DNA of 64,000 bases from the human T2T-CHM13v2.0 reference genome, Homo sapiens. The stretch is from NCBI RefSeq assembly GCF_009914755.1, contig NC_060929.1; one strand, written 5' to 3'. The notes beneath the pieces are model-generated. The model saw only the letters and a list, made by a program, of their open reading frames with translations. It was not told the DNA's origin and did no database searches. Positions 54,172-64,000 of this stretch are shown here, piece after piece; within the stretch, counting starts at the first letter, position 1; each line of letters starts with the position of its first letter. A program made the translations under genes and the position numbers.

Positions 54172-57100
54172 GAAGCCAGGCCAGATATGACCTGAAATCT
54201 GCCTGATGCCAGAGCCCTGCAGAGCAGGGGTCTCAGGATGGAGACAGGGTCCCCCAACTGACTGGAAATGAGTTCTTTAAAGCTCCTCATTAGTGAAGCT
54301 GCCTTCAGTCTCCTACATACACCACAGTGATTTTCTACCCTGCCCCACAGTGAGATCTCTAAGACTCAAATCTGGGCCTTGGCACTGCCTGGCTGTGGGC
54401 CCCTCAGTGTTCCACCCCCACCACCACTGCCTCACCCCACATGGTCTGGCTCTGCCTAACGGTCCGGGCTCACTCACAGCCCTCCCCCTTTGCTGCACTC
54501 TCCCCTTCCCCTCTTGCCCCAGGACCCAGCCTCTTGTGCATGCTCTCACTCCATGGTCATGTCCGCAGCAGAATTCCCTTCCCAGGCATCCTTCAAGTCC
54601 CAGCTTGGGCCGCACCTCCATTTCAAAGTGATCCCTGTCCCTGTTCCTAGAATAATTCATTACTTCCTCCCTTGGCACATCCCTCTGTCCAAGAGACACA
54701 TCACAGACATCCCAGAGGGTCCAACTCAGATGCCTTCAGGGGCCACCAAAGCTCACTGGCTTAAGACAAATAGAAGAGGCTCCCTGGCAATTTACAACCA
54801 ATGTCTCTGCTGTTGATCTCCACCGCAGCCATGCCAATTGCACGCATGTTTATACGACCTTGGCCAAAAGGGACCACAGCAACTCTGCTAGACGATGACG
54901 CTGCCACCTGGGACTGTGGTCCCAGAGTCTATTTTTCAGGAGAAGACATAAATTTGGATATTTATTAGGAATATTAGATGGGTTAATATTTGTAAAGCTC
55001 TAAGAAGGATGCTGGGGGCATCGTAAATGCTGTATACCTGTTAAAGTAAGTGGATAGGTGGAAGGGAGGGACAGAGGAAAGAAGGGAGAGGAGGAGGGCA
55101 AATTAGATAAATCTCTCTTTGAAAAGTTGGTAATTTTAAAAAAAATGATATACTGAAGCAACCAAGCCTTTTTCCAGGCCATGTTTGACCAGAATACTAC
55201 CAGTTTGTGGACTCAGGAACAGAACTGCCCTGTTACTCTGGGGGAGCCCCTAGAGGAGAAGGTAGGGGTGGGGTGTGGCCCCTGCCCAGAGCACACACCG
55301 CCAAGGATGCCTCCTCCATTTCCCTCTGCCATGACAACACTGCACACACACTTCCCTCCGCTCCTCCAGGGGAACTGGAGAGAGCAGGGAGACCTCAAAG
55401 GAAAAGAAATACAGAGAGATTGGGAATTGCCTCTGTCTTGACCAGGGTTTCTCTGCAGTGCTTGAGAGAGATCCCAAGAGCCTTTGGACCTCAGAAAGGG
55501 TCTTCGGTGGGCCCGCTCCTCCCATCTTCATCACCACTGCCCTAGGTCAGGCCTCGCCGTACCTTTCTTGGACTCCCCACTAGCCTTCCGGTCCTCATTC
55601 CCTCCTCGTCCAGTGTGTATGGACACCTCCCTGTGTCCCCAAGGGCATCTCAGAGCCAGCAGGTCATGCTATCTGACTGGCTTTGAATTCCAGCTGAGGG
55701 AACAAGTCACAATCCAATTCCCTCATCCACCAATGGGGAAAATTGGTGGTATCTTACAGAGTTGTTGGAAGGTTTCAAAGGATGTCATGCCTGCAAAGGG
55801 CTTGGTACAATGCAACCAAAGAGCTTAGACAATGTCATGTGCTCAATAAGCATCAGCTGCTGCTACTGCCAAAGTGCAAGTCATTGAGTGTTATTCTGCT
55901 TAAATGCCTTTGTAGCTTTCATTACCTTTGAATGCAGAGCTGGCTCCTTGGCTTGACATTCACAGCCCTGCCTGATCTAGCCTATGCAGCCTTCCCTGAT
56001 CCCACATGGATGCAGTTGCCACCCATGAGATGTACACACCCAACTCTAAACGGTACATTCTTGACTTGTCAATTCTGAGCCTTCCAAATGTCAAGACCTT
56101 GCAGGCGGCCCCCTCCCCAAAGCAACGGAGGTCCTCCACCAACCTTGGAGCTCAGTCCAGGATTTGAGTGCCAAGGCAGGGCTGCTCTGGGCATTGAAAT
56201 TGAACCTCTCTTAGAGACTTAGGGACAGAGCTCATTCTGAGTTGACTCCAAGATCTTCTCCCAGGGACCGAGCAGTCATCTGATCTAAAGCCTGAGCCAG
56301 AGAGGGAAATCTAGGTGACTGACACAGGCCCCTGAGTCTCATTCTCTCATCTGTGACATGGTGGTACTGGGGACATTTTCTTTGTGCTATTTATAACCCA
56401 AACCACCTTTTCCAAAGAAAGCCCCTTATTGTTAACTAGGTTCCCTTTGTTCTGTTGAGCACCTGGATGAATCTGAAAATGCATTTATCTGCATAATAGT
56501 GGGAGAAGAATTTGGAGTTCGTGAGGTACAGTCTGGGGTGGCAGGTGGTGAGGAGGAGGGATGAGCAAAGAGAAAAGCGATAAAAGTCGCTAAGATGGAG
56601 ACAGAATGAAGTTAACCATGTACATTCCCAAAATGACACTTAGAAGAAAAGTGAATGCCTCATGTTCATTTTATAGTTGTACACACTGATATGGTGTAAA
56701 CCCTTCTCCACCTCTCCTCCTACACAAAGATCTCCAGGAGAGACCATTGCACTCATGAGTATTTTGGCTTTGGTAGTGGGGGTGGAATCTGGGAAGCGGG
56801 TGGAGTTTGGCATCTGGGCCCACATAGGCCACAACAGAAGGGACCCTAGAGGAGGCAGGCTTCCAGAGCCAGAGAAAAAACAGGAGACTCTGGATACTTT
56901 GGGAAGTCACTAATCTTGGGAAGGCTGTGGTCTTCCTAGAGGGTAGTGAATGAGTGAGATCAAACCAACCTTGTCCAGATCTCAAGGCAACAGGAGGCCA
57001 CAGATGCCATTTTGTTTACACAAGTTTAATAAAATCTACCTTACATGTTGTGGTGAGGATTAAGAGATGATGAATAAAAGCATTTGATACATAATAACAA

Positions 57101-58778
57101 CATTATTTGAGGTGGATTTTCCTTGTGGCTGTGACTCCTTCCAATGCCAGGAACAATACTATAGAAATGTCCAATTTGAAGATTTAGGTCTCAGGAAGCA
57201 TAAAATGCTAAAGCACTGGGTGGATCTAAGCAGGTGTTCAAATGATTTTAAATCTTTTAGACATGTATTGTGTATGAGAGGTAGAGGGGAGAGGACCCTC
57301 TCAGTTCTTGGAAACTGTCTCCTCTGGAACATGTCACTAAAGACAGGACCGGCCCAAGCTGAGTTAGAGTGTGAGCCAGCTAGATGGCGGGGAACCCTGA
57401 AACATCATGGAAATAAACCACAAATGTGCTAACTCCAGTTTCCAGGATAATTCTTCTCTCATAGCTGGAGAAATGTGCATTGATCCCCACACTTGGCCCT
57501 TTAGGGAATTTTCCAAAATCCCTTGTTGTGTTGATCCTGTTCTGGAGTGTTTTTTTGATTGAGATATAATTCACATACCATAAAATTTGTCTTTTAAAGT
57601 GTACAACTTAGTGTATTTAGTATATTCACAAAATTGTGCAACCATCACTGCTAAATTTTGCAACTTTGCGAAATTTTTTATTATCCCCAAAAGAAACCCC
57701 ACACCCATTAGCAATGACTCCTCAGCCCCTGACAACCATGAATCTACTTTCTGTCTCTGTGAATTTGCCCACTCTGGACATTGTGCCACACACGGGCTAT
57801 CAGAGAGAGCTTGGCACCCAGTGTCCTCTGCTGAAATGCAGGAACACAGTAGTTCACGCCATTGGGCTGCTTACCAGTAAAAAATAATGCATTGTCTAGA
57901 GCTAAAACTCTTTCCTGTGTTTCCACTAACTGATTTTTGGATAATCCCCAAATGAAACTAGGGAAGGAACAAAAACCAAAACAAAATGAAATGTTTTGCT
58001 GAGTATTTTCTGAGTACTGACTCCACTGTGACCATGGAAATAAACAGGTAAGTGACTTTGTTTCTGTATATAGCTTTTGTTAACAGAAAAATCAGTTTTT
58101 CCCTGACCCAGCTAGATTAATATTGAACAAAGATTGAAAGATGTAGATCTGAAGAAATGCCAAACCATTTACTTCCCCGGGAGCCTTGACCCCAGCAAAG
58201 ACTTGCCCCAGAAAAGCCCTTTTCTCCCCGTTTCTATTGTTAAGAACTTTTACCCAAAACTTGGGAATAAAGCTAAAAGGTGACAGCATCTCCTGTGAGT
58301 GTCACATAGGGGGACCTATCTAGCAGGCCCGCCCAGGACTATCTGATTCTCCAGGGGAATGTGCCAGTGTTTGACTTACTGTTTACTATTGATTAGGGCC
58401 CAGACTCTGCAAAGTTACACGTTAACTTGTAGAAGATTAAGTTGCAAATAGCTTCCTTTTGGCCCATTAGAAATGCAAATGATTTCTGTATAGTGGGAAA
58501 GATTACACCAAAGGTTATAGTTTATTGTCCTGTAGGACATTACCCTGTTTGTGTCTAACTCAGCAATCCTATCCCAAGACATTCTTTCAGGGATGGTCTA
58601 TGGCTGTTTCTCAGATTCTTATTTGAACCAGCTCCAACTACCATCCTCCTTGGTCTTTCATTAATGAGTTAAATTATTCTGTGTCTCGTGTTGACTATAC
58701 ATTTGTATGAGTCATGTGTGTCTTTTGAACATTATACTTTGATGAAATCTTGGGTTCTAACCGCAGCCAGTGGGCAGG

Positions 58779-58796
58779 GACGCCCCCTGCTGGCAG
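58779..58796 (-). promoter_or_regulatory. Candidate CTCF site
   Basis: Minus strand reads GCCAGCAGGGGGCGTC, a near-consensus CTCF core. Confidence 0.55.
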
Positions 58797-58934
58797 GGCC
58801 ATTTTATCCATTACACGTTATAAGCACAAGCTTTTCAGAAGCTTCCAAAGATATTTGGGACCCGAAAAGAAAAGAAAACAGAGCCTTTAAAGTATGAAAA
58901 GAAAAATGCAAATTTAAAATGAGTCTACATTTGA

Positions 58935-59266
<332 letters not shown>

Positions 59267-59758
59267 TAAAATGCAATATTTTAGATGTCTACAAAGTATA
59301 GCTTGTCAGCCATAGCTCAGCTCAATTCATAATCACATAAAAATTATCTTTAATATAGGATATTCTGAGTGGTTACAATGTCTGATGGGAGTTCTTCAGG
59401 ACAAAGGCAGAAGGCATGTTCTGTGCATCATTTTTACTTAATATGAAATGAAAATGATGCAAGGGCATCAACCAGCTCCATCTGCCCTGTTTCCAAGACG
59501 AGATTGATCTAGGACTACAGACACCCCACTCCACCTGCCAAGGCCACCTTGCCTCCCCAGGATCTGGTGGGAGAGTGTGGGCATAATTCATCTCCTCTCC
59601 TGGCTCCCTCTGTCACCAAGATACTGTGCCAGCTATGTGGTGTCTTGCCCACACTCAGGGCCATTGGGCTCTTGATGCTAGTCAGCTGTCCATCCAGGCA
59701 GCAAGAGACTGCCTCCCCTCTACACAACCCGCCAATCTTCAGGAGATGGGTGCTCTAA

Positions 59759-62820
<3,062 letters not shown>

Positions 62821-62910
62821 AGAAATTCCCTTCTGCTATCCTAGAGACAACGGCCAGCCAATCAGCTTGGCTTTGTTGAATCCTTGCTGCAGGCTGTGAG
62901 AACCTAGCAC

Positions 62911-62943
<33 letters not shown>

Positions 62944-64000
62944 ATCTAGGTTTAAAGAATAGCTCTCCTGTGTTCTGGTTTTGAGGTGTCTCTTGAGCAA
63001 TTCCTTGACCAGCTGGTATCATGGGTCACTCCAAGGGGCGAGGAACAGGTTTCAATGAGGCTTTCGTATCTCCACATCCACAGGTCACAAACTATTTCTT
63101 GAAAGATCCTAATACTGATTTGGCTAATGTAGAAGTATCCATTTTGGCCAGCGATGGAGAACATTTCAAGCACAAGAAATTCTCAACCAGGCCAAAATTG
63201 CTCTTAGAGCCATGGGGTCGGGATTAAGACTCCTGTTCTGAAACCATAATCAGGCCCAGCATATTAGTGTTTACAAAACCAAATTCTATTTTGACCCCAG
63301 ATAAGAGAAGAACACAGATATGCAAACTGCAGGCCTCAGGGCCTTTGCTAAGGGGAAACCGCCCTCCTCACTGGGCCTCAAAACCCTGAGATATGACCTC
63401 TGGCTCCAGTTCAAGTTCTAAGGAAACCTTAGGGGGCCTGTTACTCCTTTATTTGTACCCTGGTTTTCCCATCTGTAAAAAGGGATCAAGGATCAAGTCA
63501 GGATTGAATGAGATCATGCATATAATTCATCTAGCACCTATTTAGTACTTAGTAAATATATGTTTTCAAGGTCCCATAATTCTGAAGTAAATAAAAATTA
63601 ATTTATCCTACGTGTCACCAAAACAGTAAAGGTTTCCAGGTTAAAAAAAAAAAAAAATCCTGTGGTTTAACGTTTGATGAAGGTCCTTTTTATACAGACA
63701 CCCTAATCTGGGGGGGCTTACTCCACATCTTAGTAACACACTAAAAGGTTTCCAGACACCACCTGAAATGACTCTCCCAAGTGTTAAATTCAATTGCAAT
63801 TCACAAGCTGACATAACATTACTGCCTGCAGAATATGGTTACATAGAAACATTGATTAGCTTTGATCCTGCAGTCTTCTTTTCATATTCTGGAATCAACT
63901 TTTTTTTTTTTTTTTTTTTTTTTTTTGGTAAAAAGCAAGCTAGAGGACTGGAAGGTGACAAACCAGTAAGAAGGGGGAGGAAGTCCTGGGCTGGAGATTA

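Overview
Human (primate) genomic DNA covering most of the HRH2 (histamine H2 receptor) locus on the + strand. The 359-aa class A GPCR ORF (23013-24092) lies in one large exon whose acceptor is at 22488. Its stop codon overlaps a splice donor (AG|GTAATA). That donor can join in frame to either of two downstream terminal exons, at 25188 (397-aa product, largely exonised antisense L2 tail) or at 47557 (422-aa product). The rest is intronic or downstream sequence dense in interspersed repeats: about 17 Alu/monomer copies, MIR/L2, old L1M fragments, MER20/MER58/MER103/half-MADE1, three MLT1 LTRs, a U6 retropseudogene and a 5'-truncated L1PA2/3 with an unusually long TSD. I found no convincing new multi-gene system. 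The most interesting unexplained structures are a ~195-bp inverted duplication, a 111-bp dispersed direct repeat, a perfect 53-bp tandem duplication, a template-switch micro-inversion, a uORF-rich leader with an A21 tract, a solo Hsmar1 TIR and two strong CTCF-like motifs. Repeat boundaries and subfamilies were called by eye and are approximate.
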